DNA of 63,478 bases, the filler included, from Folioceros fuciformis (lineage: Eukaryota), in the NCBI GenBank assembly GCA_049999805.1. It is 10 parts of 10 records of this genome, joined end to end, with 100 filler letters (N's around TTAATTAATTAA, not from the genome) between each part and the next. Parts side by side here need not be neighbours in the genome. Positions count along the whole stretch, not along the records: positions 27,331 to 38,131 come from JBNGIO010001941.1; positions 38,232 to 49,407 come from JBNGIO010001943.1; positions 49,508 to 56,271 come from JBNGIO010001945.1; 7 more parts are not named here. One strand, written 5' to 3'. Shown piece by piece: positions 36,496 through 49,847 of this stretch (positions are counted from its first letter, which is position 1; each line of letters starts with the position of its first letter). The notes beneath the pieces were generated by a model that had not been told where the DNA came from, ran no database searches, and worked only from the letters and a program-made list of their open reading frames with translations. Made by a program: the position numbers and the translations under genes.

Positions 36496-38131
36496 ATGGG
36501 AGAGGGAGCTTGGGACGGGGAGAAAGCTTTGCACAGATTACGAAGCGGCGAGTCTCCCTGTGCAAGAAAGGCTTTGCGGATTAGAGTGGCTACTCCCGAG
36601 AGTGCCTCGCTCGGTAACCGGAAGCAAGGTCATGGCAGGATATGGGAGCTGCAGTCGCAGGAGGAGGAGGGGCCTGAGGTGGAGGAGGCTCTGATTCTTG
36701 ACGGTTGCACCAGGCGGAGCCAGCGCATTGCGGCTCGCTTAGCTGGGTCGGACGAATTTCCTCTGCGGAGAGACGCGCATGGCGGCTGGAGCGTCTGGCA
36801 GGAGCAGGGAAGCGCCGGGGGGACTAAGCAGCACAAGACGAGTCCCCGTGCGACGGCGGCTGCTGGTGATGCTGCTCTTGTTGTTGCCGTGTACCCCGTG
36901 AGGATCAAGGCTGGGAAGGTGAAGCAGCGGGATTCGCCTCTGCGGGAGGGCTCACCGAAGAGGCATACTTCGCTCGGGGTGGATGCCCCTACAGCTCCGC
37001 GGTTAGCAGGGTCGTCTGGAGGAAGTCTTCGGATCCCGATCATGCGGAGAGTGAGATGGTGGGATGAGGTAATGGATGTATTCATTCTCTCCGGATGTTA
37101 GAGGAAATCTTGTCAGCTGGTGACGAAATCTTCACCACACTATGTGCTTGGGATCCTTCTAGGTGGACAAGGAGAACGAGCAGTACAGCATGCCGCAGCT
37201 AGCCCGCAAGGAAAACCATGGAAAACTCAAAACTTGCTCCGTCTCAGCCAAATTACGCCATCCTCTGGTATAAATTTTTCGCACGAGATTTGGTCTGAGA
37301 TTTCTTGAGCTTCTTTGGAGATAGAATGTTGCTTGACCGCTTGTTTTGTGCGTCTGCAGAGGAACGGCGCAAGTTCGGGGCCCTTGCTAGAGCTCAAGAG
37401 AAGGCCATTATCACTCTAAGTCGGGCTGTCATTCATGCTATTACTTGTAACATGTTAGTACTTCACACTTTCTAATCTAGTCACAGGCAGTCCTTGGATT
37501 GTCCATTTATGTACTCATATATCGTCTTATTTACACCTTCTACTTAGCAAGCAGGTGCTGTCTTTTCCTCTCGTTCTTGCTTTGTACTAGTACATTCAGG
37601 AAGCTTGAACCTTCCACCTCTTGATGTGCATTGAGCCCACTCCTGAATGGACAAGCCTGTCTCTTAGTGAGGTGGATGATGTGCTAGCTTCTTACCACTA
37701 TATGCAAGAGATATGGAAGGACAAACTGCACTCTATGCTTTCATCATTTCTTTCTGGATTTGGGTTGCATGTATTTTCGATGTGTTCATATTCACGTTCG
37801 TAGATCTCGTTCGGACATCTCTATCAGCCAGAGTAAACTTCTGTGGGAAGTACATGAAGGCTTGCAGCATATAGGTCGTACATCAAGGGTTTTACGACGG
37901 ACCAGAAGGAGAGGAAAGGCATATGTGCTGCGCTTCGAGATTCACGGCTGGTTTGCGTAGTTCCGGCTCGCATTCAGTAAGACATGGCTAGTGGAGCTGC
38001 TACACGAATTCGTCACATTCCTGCAGGATGGAATGCGCTCCAGCGACGCCATGCCGGTCCACACATCAGTTGCTGATCAGGGCCTACAACCCCTCGGAGG
38101 AGTAGGATGGTTAACAGGACGAGCCTGAGGT
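36496..38131 (+). CDS. Probable multi-exon gene of unknown function, divergent from CHR18
   Basis: GC-rich open first exon MGEGAWDG...RRVRWWDE ending in GAG/GTAATG; later exons not resolved. Confidence 0.35.
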
Positions 38132-38231
38132 NNNNNNNNNNNNNNNNNNNNNNNNNNNNNNNNNNNNNNNNNNNNTTAATTAATTAANNNNNNNNNNNNN
38201 NNNNNNNNNNNNNNNNNNNNNNNNNNNNNNN
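38132..38231. other. Artificial contig spacer
   Basis: N44-TTAATTAATTAA-N44. Confidence 0.98.
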
Positions 38232-38352
38232 TGAATTCTCCTTCAGAACCTAATTCCATTGTCTGATGCAGGCCATAGCCGTACCCATTGTCATTGCGGC
38301 CCTCCACGAATACTGACAACGGCTGGACATCAGGAGGCGCAGCGCTCCCCAT
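38232..38352 (-). CDS. Probable start of an unidentified gene cut by the contig end; a 5' UTR intron likely lies upstream
   Basis: Acceptor CTCTCTCAG near 38380, then MGSAAPPDVQPLSVFVEG... open to the end of the contig. Confidence 0.35.
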
Positions 38353-39249
38353 TGTCTCTAGCCGACCTCGGCCAGGGACCTGAGAGAGCAAAGCACTTCT
38401 CCCTCGGCTCGGCTATCAACAGAACTTCAAGTAGCGCATGTAACCTTTGGCCAAAAGTTATCTAGACACATCTCTGTGGACGGCGTTGGACCCCAGATTC
38501 GCCCGTGCAATCGTACGACCAGAAAGGAGTGCTCGGATACTATGGCTACCCTTTTCTTTTAACTTTCTTCTCCTTTTCGGTCATCCCTTTCCTCCATGAT
38601 TCATGCTGCCTAGTGAGCACCAGTCCAGTGCACAAAAGATATCATAAAAATATCTTGACTGACCATAGTGCTCCATCAGATTTCCGGGTAAGGGATCTCC
38701 CACATTCTCTGGTTGGACCGGTCGAATGCAACCTGCCAATCGAAGCAATTCCGTCTCAAGAACCTACCCGCTCTGGTCTTGCACTTTCGGATGGACCAAA
38801 AATCTGGAAATACTGTGAGCATGACCAAACGCACCCGCCAGGTCTTGCTGATTCAGGACCAAAAGTCTGGAGCATGTATCACATGGACTTGATGGCTCTT
38901 GTCCCGAACCTGTACCGTTTCAGTTTTGCAGATTCGGGAGCATTTGACCAACAACCAGGAGAATGTATGACAACACATTATCGTGACAGAGCGCTACTTT
39001 CTTCTGATGCCAAAGTTGAGCACGGCACAGATTTGAGTGCGCCAAAGACTCCGCCAATTTTTAACAAGGCCCAGACCTGAGGATGCGCATTGACTCCGAC
39101 AAAGTTCAACACGACCCAGCCCTGAACACAGCCTCCCTACTTCAGACAATTCACAATCGGACTTGACATAACGGACAAAGAAGAAAGAAAGTAAGAAAAG
39201 AGCGTGTCATTAGTGTGAACGGGAGATTCTGGACCAGCGCTAGCCACAA

Positions 39250-39283
39250 ACTTGACTTGACTTGACTGGACTTGACTTGACTG
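39250..39283. repeat. (GACTT)n microsatellite; an (AGGT)n tract also lies at about 39518-39543
   Basis: Direct reading of the sequence. Confidence 0.85.
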
Positions 39284-41116
39284 AGAAAGAAAGCAAACAA
39301 TATGGATACTTTCGCCAAGCACCAGCCGCGTGGTTGTTAGCCTCGCCCAAGCACAGCGACAACGCACATTTGCAGCCCTGAGGGAAAATGCATGCGACAA
39401 AGGGACAAGGACAGCACAGCAAGGGAAGCGCGTGCGGTGATCAGCTATGAAGGAGTTGTACGTCCTCTTCGCACTAGCCTTGCATTTCTGTGGCCTGCAT
39501 GCAGTCTTCACCCGATGCGGTAGGTAGGTAGGTAAGTAGGTAGTCACCATATATATCCTGTAAAAGTGAGAGCTAGTTCCCCTGCTCTTTTTATTGGCAC
39601 TTCCGGGAGGTAGTGACTTCACTTGAGTTTGTTGAAGTTTTGTAGAGTTCCTTTCCTAAAATGCTAGCAGCTTTGCTTGGTTAGCATCTTTCAGTAGAGC
39701 ACTTCAGCATGCTTGTGCACTATGGACGATATCAACAGTCATTGAACATTATCTCCTAATGGTTCTAAATCGGATGGGTTCATTAATCTTACTATTTTGG
39801 TAAGAGACTTACACCTCTAGTGTATTTATTTATGTTTGTCTACAACAAACTTACATGACATCCCTTTAACAACAACTTGGATGGGTCCATCAGTTGGGTG
39901 GTTTTAGTAGGAAACTTACACCTCCAACCTGTTTGTGCATAGGTCCATCTATGTGGACATATAGGACCTTAGAACCTTCTATATTTTCTAAGTATCTAAG
40001 TTATAATTGTTGGTAATGGCACTTGTATCTATTTTGATTTATGAATACAAACACTAAGACACTTATTCTCTCATTTCTTATATTAGATTGATAACATGTA
40101 GCTCATGATCTTGCCTCTAAACATCCCTACTTAGTTTCAAAATGCACTTCTTAGTTAGAGGTTAGCGCCTAGGATCTCAATCATGATTTATCTCCCTCTT
40201 TATGGTAGATGAGTTTTCCATCTTATTTTTTCTAAAATAAATAAATCTCTTCTTAGCTCAAAAGAATACCTATATTACCTCCCTAAGTGGAAGCATTATA
40301 TCCACTCCAATGACTTTCCCATCTTTGGTTTTCTTAGTCTGATAATTAAAGAAATCCCATGGTATCAATGCATAACCTTTTGTCCATGTTTTCTAGTTCT
40401 ACCTAATAGAGTGGATATTAGCTAATGTTAGCACTCCATGGAATTAAGTTTTAATTAGCCATGCCTTCTTTAAAAGAGCATATTGTTTGAATAATATAAA
40501 CCAAGCAAACATAGCAAGCATCTAGTAACAGCACCCTTCCACCTACCCACTTAAGCACAAAGGATCTTTAGGCAAAAAAAGCTGAAGATGGAATGAAGAA
40601 GAATTCGACTTAGACCTGATGATATTGCTCCTGTTGTTTGAAGGCACATAAGACGTAACATGGTCAAAGTAGCTTAAAATATTACACACAAATAAGATCG
40701 ATCAAGGTTTTTGTTCGATGCGTACGGTATTCCATGGACCTGTGCCGTTGTTTCCTGACCCGGTAAGCAAACGGGTGACGAAGTTTGCCTTCAAACTTCT
40801 CCGCTTTGCAGTAGAAGGAAAGGGCTAGCCTAGGGTCGTTACTCAAAGCGGTGGTAAGGACGCCACAACGTCTTCGGAACAAATGTGCCAGGTCCAGCTG
40901 TGATAGGCAGTCATGTGCTGTGTGAATTGGGGTGAGCAGACTTAAGAAATCACGGAGAGTGGGACCACCAATCGACCTCTCTGGCCACTGTAACCTCCTC
41001 CAGACTAGTCTAATCACAGATGCGCTTCCCAAAGGTAAGGTGACATCGTGCCTCCAGAGATTTAACAGAACTGTCTGAGAGACAGGTTGCAAGCTGTTCA
41101 GCAATCAGCAGCGGGC

Positions 41117-43251
41117 TCATTGAGGTGGATGACCTTTTTCCAGAGCAAGCTCACTGGGGCTGACGACGGAGGTCTCCACCTGCTTGTACCTGTACCTGGA
41201 AGCCAAGAAGAGGAAGACGATGAGATTCACAGCATCTGCGATGGCCAGGAACCAGTAGAAGTTATCCACGCGGGAGGAGTTGATGTTGGCCCCGACCCAC
41301 GCGTGATTCCCGTTCCTCGCCGAGAAGTGAGACGTGAGAGAGATGAAGCCCGTGCTGAGAAAGCTCCCAGCTCCCAGAGCTGACAAGTTCATGGCTGCAC
41401 CCACTGTGTGCATGTGGTCTGGGGTCTGATCGTAGAAGAAGTCGAATCCAGCCACTATGGCGAACACCTCGGAAACGCCCATGATAATGTACTGAGGGAG
41501 AAGTCTGAAGATGCTGAGAGGCAGCTTGGTGCGAGGATGAGATTCGAGGCCGTGCTCCCACACATACTGCAGCCTGTGCCCCTCCGTCAGAGCTGCGCAG
41601 ACCATGGAAAGGCAGCCGAACAAGAATCCGATTCCGAAACGCTGGAGGAGTGTGATCCCCCTGGGGTTGCCGGTGTACTTGCGGACAAAGGGCACGAAAA
41701 CTTTGTCGTAGAGGGGAAGGCCGATCATAACAGTGGCTTGGGAGAAGAACTGGAAGGTAGCTGGAGGAATGTGGAAGTGGGCGCCCAGCTTGTTGTCCAT
41801 GGTGCTGCCTTGCTTGGTGAAGAGAGTGTTGAGCTGGGTGTAAGTGGCGAGGTAGACCACCTGCGTGACCCAGATCGGGAGCGCCCCGATGAGCAGCTTC
41901 ACTTCTTCCACTTGTGTCACGGTGCAGACCTTCCAAGGGTTGCTCCTGTCGTCGCCAGTGGCCACGGTCGCCGCCTTGTCAAGGAATCTGGAGGGCGACA
42001 CAGTCAAGCCTTTTAAATTAGTACACGTTGATCTATGAAGCTTGCAAATGGCCTTCAAGAGGATAGGGACTGCCATTGACTCACGTGCAGGAGTCGGTGT
42101 GCAGCATTTGTCTCCTGTTAGCTTTGAGGTGCTTCCTGCCGGGCACTTCGTGCAGAAGCCGAGGGTCGTCAGGAACCGGGACCCTCCATTTCCGGAGTGC
42201 AGCAACCAGGACCTGGGCGACCTGGGTGAAGGGGCTGCCTTCCACCACCTGGTATCTGTACAGCCTGGTTCCCAAGAAGAAGATGCCAAGAGCGACAGCA
42301 AAGGCGACTGCGGGGATGCCATAGCCCCAGCCCCAGCCCACGAAATCCTGGATGTACACCACCACCGTGACGGATAGCACGATTCCCACAGCGATCATCG
42401 TAAACCACCAATTGAAGAAGGAATTTCTGAGCGGAGCCTCCTTTTCGTCTTCCTGATCAAATTGGGCGGCCCCCATGGAAGAAATTGACGGCTTCATAAC
42501 TCCCGACCCCACGGCCATGACGTAAAGCGAGAGGAAGAAAAATAGTCTTCTCCTTCCACCCACGTGCGTGCAGGGAATGCTGGAGTCGGCCAGGCAGCGG
42601 GGCCTCAACCAATCCACCGTGACGCTGCACACCAGCATGATGGTCCCCTGAGATCACCCCAAGTCCAGCACGGTTAGCTCGACCTGCCTTCCGAAGCCCT
42701 GGACATGGACAAAGGGCAGAAACATGCCACACGCACTCACAATCAGGTTGACGAAGCCAAACACTGCAATGGTGGTGTAGCGACCCCAAAATGCATCCGC
42801 CAAGAACGCCCCCGGAATGGAACAGAAGAAGACGCATCCCGACCAATTGTTGACGTTCTTGGCAGCCACCGCCAGGCCCTCTCCCAGCACCTCCGTCAAG
42901 TAAGTCACCAGATTCGAGGAAACGCCGTAGTAGCTCACCCTCTCTGTCACGTCGTTCCCTGATAATGCGCCAAATGTTGGTCTCAAACAATCAGCGAAGT
43001 ACATCCGTGAACATCGCATGGCCCTCAATAAACAAGTCATGAAATGAGACCGCACCCAGGAAGAAGTAGCAAGCCCTCCATCCTCCCGTGCTGGATTTCC
43101 TAGCAGGCCTGCCCCGGTGGTCCACAGAGCCATCCTCAGCAAATTCGGCGTGACCAGAATGCACAACTCGATGCACGCCATTCCCATCACCGGCTTCCAA
43201 GACTACCGAGTATGGCTTCACAACAGAAGGCTTGTGGCCAGTGCTCCCCAT
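41117..43251 (-). CDS. NPF: NPF (NRT1/PTR) family transporter; exons 43251-43056, 42958-42741, 42647-42085, 41987-41117
   Basis: STGGWRAC, TERVSYYG, GAFLADAFWGRY, SFFNWWF, GSPFTQVAQV, CTVTQVEEVK, FFYDQTPDHM, RVDNFYW. Confidence 0.95.
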
Positions 43252-46200
43252 TTTGTTGTTCCCAGGCCAGGCCTGCCCGCCAGAGCTTTATACCATCACC
43301 ACCTGGCTGAGTCGGCTCAAAAGTTTTCGGACGCTTGCAATCCCGAGCTGATTCCATCCCCCCCACTGACAGCGCACGCCTGTGACTGGTATCCATGAGG
43401 ACATCTGAGCTTACGTCAGTCGTTACCGATGTAAGTCCCGTGGACGGCAGATTTGACTGGCATTCAAGTCGGGGTATCGCGGGTAATGTGCTCCCAATCA
43501 AATTCCCCGGCCACATATGTATGTGTGTAACAGTACTTCCAGACTGAGACAACCCACGGCAACTAATTTTAGACTTAGAGTCGACTATCATTTTTAAAAT
43601 ATTTTAAAAAATATTATAAATATCAAATATAAATCTGGAAATTCCTATAATCATGTTTTTAGTTTGCAAAAATTATTCATAAAACCTTGTTTCAAGTTTT
43701 AGGGTTTGGGGAATTGGGTTACGATATCCCTAAACCCTAAAGCTTCCACCATTTCAATAAAAGCCTAGTAGTATTCCTCAAAACGAAGAACATTCTCACC
43801 CACAAACTTTTCTATTTGGAACAAACCATTACAACCATGAACATTACATGGATTTCATGTGGTACAACTTCTTATGAAAGTGTCATAGGTTTCAGTTTAT
43901 GTGCATTCAATCACGTTATGTTTCTTCATAACACTAAACCTAGTATTAGCGTTCCATTGCACCATCTATTTTGACCATAGATGCCATATTTCTTGCAAGA
44001 CTTGCACAAGACAGTCTTGTCTTAGTTTAAGTGTATCCAAAGATACTTTTCACAACAACCCTCCCTGCTTTTGTCTTCTTGTAATCCATCATTATTTAAA
44101 TCTTTATTTACAACATTCTGCTCAACTCCTTTTGTTGGGCTCATCCCAAGCCTCTTAGGCAAGATTTGACTGCTTTGATATTCTTATATTTTGCAAATTA
44201 TTTGATGCCACATGACATAGAGTAGAATTTTGGAGAGAAGCAACAAAGCATGTAATTAGAGGCATCATAAACCAGTAATGTTAAAATTAATCTCTAAATA
44301 TTTACCTAATCTTTATAATTATCTTTTTATACCTCAGAAATTCATCTGAATATCTATATATATTCATGTAAATATCCAAGCCACATTTTCCTCTACAATA
44401 ATGAGGCTGCAGACTTTTTTCAATAAAATCAAAAGATAAAAGATACTTTTTTAGAAGAAAAAGTGACCGCTTTTTGGGCCGAGGCGATTGGTGGAAGATA
44501 TTTTTTATTTATAATAGGCCACTTGTTTCTTTCCAATGTCGGAGCCAAAGTTGTGAAGAAAAGTGGCTTTCCCTGCCTCAGCCTGATGAATCCAGCTTGA
44601 AATCCCAAAAGCATTTCGACCTTCCCAACCCAGCCGTTTTGGTTTTCCAGATCTCCCTCACATACCGGAATGACAAAAGAACGTGTGAAGCACTTGGTGG
44701 ATGCTGGGTGGAACGAGTCCCTGTCCCGTCCAGACTCTGATCTCCGGACCGTAATGGAATGGAAAGGTTCAGCTGTCCTATGAGCGTGCTCTGACGGGCC
44801 AGGCCGAGAATGCAACACGTGGGTGGGATAAGATCTACCGACATCGACCATCACTTGGCTCGAGGCCTCAGGTCGATGGGCACTTGTCATAGCACTTCCG
44901 CCACTTCGACTCACAGCCATTTCGTGCGCCATCTTGTACCCCAAAAGCAATTCAAGGCGAATAAGTATTTGCCACATGCGAGTAAACCCGCGCGGGGAAA
45001 AGCATGTGCAAGGAGGAAGGGTAAGCACAACACGGCAACCGCATGTCAGATGGCTATGAGTGGTAAGAATTGAGTGGTTTGTACCTTCTCTTCGCAGTGG
45101 GTTTGCATCTCCATGCCTGTCTTGAATGTTTCCTTACTTCGAGTTCGCCCCAGGCCCGAGGGCGTACGACACTTGCTGCGATCCCTTTTCTTCTTCTTCT
45201 CTTGTTGGAGTACTAGCAGAGCAAGAACAGCCGGTCCTCACTCTTCTATGGCTAGCACCCTTCTATGGCTTTGGACACTGTGCTGTGACTTGCATTCATG
45301 GCCAGGAGGTGAGGTTGGAAAGGACGTCATTAAGTACAGGTTGCAGACGGTGTGACCCGACCCTGGTTTACGACAACGTCAGGCTTCGTTCAAGCCCATC
45401 CCGAAGGCAGTATTAGTGCTTCCAGATATGACCTGCAGTCCACTCCGTCAACTCGGCCAACCCTGTTGCACCTACTGACTGTGGCACCAGGCGACTCCGG
45501 CATGGGAGTGTGAGAGTTCGAATTCCGATGCTTTCAGATGACTGGATAATGACTTTTGTGAGAGGCGATAAACGATTCCCCCCCTTTCTTATCGATCTGG
45601 CTCTGGATGAGGTCACCCAGCTGATTCAGCGGGACCGTCTTTCTTCAGGAAGTCGTAAGTCGTTAGATTTGAGGGGTCAAAGCCCAAGTCTTGTAGCTCA
45701 AGGGCTCGCGGAATTCAAGGTATCTTAGAGTGTGTGCAAGTCTGCTGCTTCGTAATTCCCAGGCCATTCTAAAATATTGCGTGAAGTCGTGTCCCAACTG
45801 ACTGTTACAGAACAGAATTCTGTGTGTGTAAGGGTGTTCTGGTGTGTACCCAAAGATACCTTACAGTACGTTTTGTGTTTGCTGTCGGAAAATCATGACC
45901 TGCGACACGGGCAATTGGGTTTCTGGCCCTCCATCAACTTTACCTCACAAAATGTGCCTGGTCAATCACAAAGCGACCCAACTGCCCGTGCATCATGCAC
46001 TCAATTAATGTTGCTTTAGTTTACTACATTAACAACTAGCATTGCATCATGAGCCAGAGGCATGCGACCCGGACTCGGGAAAGCGCCTCTTCCCTTCATA
46101 AATGATGATTTATCTCTACGGGAAGATGAGTTTTTCATCTTATTTTCTCTAAAATAAATAAAAATACATAGATCCTAGAAGTAAACGATAATTAGTTAGT

Positions 46201-46680
46201 AGCATCCACAAAGATCGAAGTTCATGCCCTTGCATTCTATATTTTTAATAAACTTCTACATTAGGATAGATGTAATTTTTTTATCATTTGTTCTTTATAA
46301 TCTAAAGAATATCTAGATTTTAGATGAACACCTAAGGATTAGAGGTTTTTTTTATTTGTTCTTTATAATCGAAGGAATATGAACCTCACTCAAGTTAGAG
46401 CACTCTTAGATTAAAAATGTGCAATTCTCTTAAAATGGGTAGGCTATCTATTTTATTCTCGCAAAAAAAATAGACTAAACTATTTTTCTTAAGATGGTTG
46501 CTTCTTTTTTAGTTTTCTTATCAAGTTTAAAAAAACTTATTGCAAAAGAAGAAAATAGGCAACTTGAACAAGCATCCTTTCTATTGCCCAATAGGGCACC
46601 ACAAAAATTTACAACACTCCTTAGAAAGGGCTTATTGCAATTCACGATTGAAAGTGAAGACACAGGATGCTCTCACTTGT

Positions 46681-48754
46681 TGACTCTGTTGATGATGAAG
46701 ATGTTCTTATATCTCTTCTTCCTTAGATTCTGCACAACTGACAGCCGTGGAGAGTCACTTATTCTCTAATTGGATAATTGACTCTAGAGCATCTTTCCAT
46801 GTTACTCTGCATAAGGAGTGGTTTAGCACGTATGATGCTACTAGGAAAGGATGTTTTCGGCTTGGAAATAACTACGCATGCGAGATTGTAGGCGTTGGTG
46901 ATGTGCAGCTGAAGTTCGACAGCGGGTCTTTATTTGTACTGAAGAATGTTAGGCATGTTCCGAAGTTGACCAAAAGCATGATTAGCGTAGGGCAATTGGA
47001 TGACGCTGGCTACCACTGTTGGTTTGGAGATCATTCTTGGAAGATCTCCAAAGGTTCTCTTGTGTTAGCTCATGGATCAAAGTGTGGCACTTTGTACTCA
47101 CTTTAGGTAACCACTATCAAGGATCGTGTGATTTGTGTAACGGAACAGCCAAGTGTTTCCTTGTGGCATTGTCGGGTAGGACATATGTCTCAAAAAGGAA
47201 TGAAGATCCTATCTTGTTTTGGTTACGTTCCTGCTTTTGACTTCTCCAATTTCTCCGTATGTGAGCGCTGTTTGTATAGGAAACAGACGAAGTCACCACA
47301 TGGAGCAAGAGGTAAACACAAAAGTAAACCTCTTGAATTGGTTCACAGTGACGTTTGTGGACCTATGCCTACTGTATCGTTAGGCGGTGCATCCTATTTT
47401 GTCACTTTCATAAATGATTTCTCACGCAAGGTGTGGGTTTATCCTTTGAGGAAAAAGAATGATGTTTTGACAGTGTTTCAGAAATTCGTCACCCTTGTGG
47501 AGAATCAATCTGGCCTCCGACTGAAGTGTTTAAGGACAGACAATGGGGGAGAGTATGTTTCAAAGGCTTTCCAGTCATTCTGTGATTCCAAGGGAATCAA
47601 GAGAGAATTGACTGCGCCGTATACTCCTTCCCAGAATGGTGTGGTTGAATGGATGAACAGGACCATCCAGGAGAGGATGCATAGTTTGTTGTCAAACTCT
47701 GGATTACCTGATGGATTTTGGGCAGAAGCAGTGGCTACTGCAATGCATCTTATTAAGAGATCTCCTAATAAGGCAGTGGATGAGCAGGTTCTAGAGGAGA
47801 TGTGGTCTGGAAAGAAGCCGTCATTCAAGCATCTACGAGTGTTTGGCTGTGAGGCATACTACCATGTTCCGAATGAATTTCGGGACAAGTTGGCACCCAA
47901 GTCCAAGAAATGTATTTTTCTTGGCTATAGTGACTCTGGTGAGATGGGATACCGTCTATGGGATCCAGAAGCTAGGAGGGTTGTTCGCAGCAATGACGTA
48001 TTTTTCAATGAGACCAAGATGCACAAGAAGCCTACTCCAACTGTGCAGGTACGACGGGTGGTCTTCCAAGAAGATGGACTTGACCGTCCCGCGCAGGTTC
48101 AACGTCGTGATGTGCAGGAACAAGTTCCTTCACTTGTAGAAGAGGAGAGAGTGCAACCAGCTCCGGTCGAGGCGCCAGTGCTTCGTAGGTCAAGAAGGAT
48201 TTCACGTCCTCCTGACAGGTATGTTGCATCTCTTGACTATGTCATGCTGATTAATTGTGGAGAGCCCTCTTGTTATCAAGAGGCCTTTTCAGTGATTGAC
48301 AAGGTCAAATAGGAGAAGGCGATGCAGTCGTAGATGGATTCGCTCCATGAGAACCAAACTTGGGAGTTGGTTCGGTTGCCTAGGGGCAAGAAGGCGTTGC
48401 CATGCAAATGGGTGTATAAGATGAAGAACATTCCCCATTATGGCAAACCCAAGTACAAGGCACGATTGGTTGCTAAGGGTTTTAAGCAATAGCAAGGTAT
48501 TGACTTTGATGAGATTTTCTCACCAGTTGTCAAAATGACCACCTTGTGATGTGTTCTTGGTCTGGTTGCAAGGAATGACATGGAGCTTGTCCAAATGGAT
48601 GTGAAGTCGGCATTTCTGCATGGTGATCTCCAGGAAGAGGTATACATGCAGCAACCGGAGGGTTTCATTGAGAAGGGCAAAGAGAATATGGTGTGCAGGT
48701 TAAAGAAAAGCCTTTATGGTTTGAAGCAGGCACCTAGGGAGTGGTATTACAAGT
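46681..48754 (+). mobile_element. Copia family B internal fragment (protease, integrase, start of RT), 5'-truncated and interrupted by another LTR
   Basis: WIIDSRASFH, LVHSDVCGP, LRTDNGGEY, LKKSLYGLKQAPREWY. Confidence 0.93.
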
Positions 48755-49395
48755 TGTGGAGTCCACATGACGAACAAATCCCTTGGAAAATGGTAGTGTT
48801 TGATTTTTTTGGATTTCTGATTGGATTTCGTAGAGAAGTGGTTAGAAGATTGGGCTAGATTAAAAATTAGATTAGTGGTTAGTGAATAGGGTCTAAGTAG
48901 GACGTGTGGTAAGAGGTCACGGGTCTAGGTTCCTCATCAAGCAGCACCCTAGCCGTTACCGGGAGGCCGGAAGTGCAACCCCCTAGGCGCGGGCGAGAGA
49001 AAGCGACCCGGCTGGCCGGTAGGGAGTCTAGGGAGGCCAAGGCTAGCGGCTGGCTAGGAGCTCCAAACGGCCGGGGCCGGATCCGGAAGCCAGGTAGCTG
49101 CCTGGCTACAGGACCCAAGCAGTCTAAGCAGCGAGCTGAGGAGAGTCGACCTGGCTACTTGGCCAGTCCACCCAACTAGGCAGTCGGTATCACGATTGCT
49201 AGGTAGGATCGATCATAGCAAACTTGAGCAAGGGAGTAGTGATCGTGCGTGAGCAAAACTTGAGGCAAGAACAATAAAAAAACGGTTATTGGAGTTCGCG
49301 CGACTTGGCGCATATGAAGTTTGATGAAACGGTTATTAACCGCCTCCTTAATAAGTCCTAATTAATACGAGTTGCTAATCTAAACACTTCCAACA
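48755..49395 (-). repeat. 3' LTR (about 640 bp) of a further element (family D) nested antisense in the family B RT; PPT at 49396-49407
   Basis: Minus strand reads GTTGAGTGGGGG then TGTTGGAAG...CTCCACA; the RT frame breaks at 48755. Confidence 0.75.
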
Positions 49396-49407
49396 CCCCC
49401 ACTCAAC

Positions 49408-49507
49408 NNNNNNNNNNNNNNNNNNNNNNNNNNNNNNNNNNNNNNNNNNNNTTAATTAATTAANNNNNNNNNNNNNNNNNNNNNNNNNNNNNNNNNNNNN
49501 NNNNNNN
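49408..49507. other. Artificial contig spacer
   Basis: N44-TTAATTAATTAA-N44. Confidence 0.98.
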
Positions 49508-49847
49508 GTCTTGAATTGACAGGAGTGGGGATGGAGTGAGACGAACGGCACTCAACTTTAGCTTACCGCACAACTAGAGATGGTTCGGAAGGCAAGACGC
49601 CCTAATTAGCCTAGTTGTTGTAGCCTGGGTTGTCGGTTTCGATCTCCGAATGCCGTAGTTCTTCTACGTTTCTTGCAACATAGGGATCGGACTGATAGTG
49701 CCTGAGAGAGCTGGCGTACGGAGACAACTCGAGGTCTCCTTGATGGGTCTGGAAGGTAGGGGGCCTTGGCGCGTTGGCCCCCTGATGAATAGGAGGGGAT
49801 CTAGTAGAATCAACAGAAGAAAACGATAGGAGATGGATGGAAAGGGG

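Noticed and set aside
38505-39080. 191-aa plus-strand ORF with a GPK(I/V)W internal repeat
   Set aside because: GTG start, lies antisense in a probable 5' UTR intron, no recognisable domain
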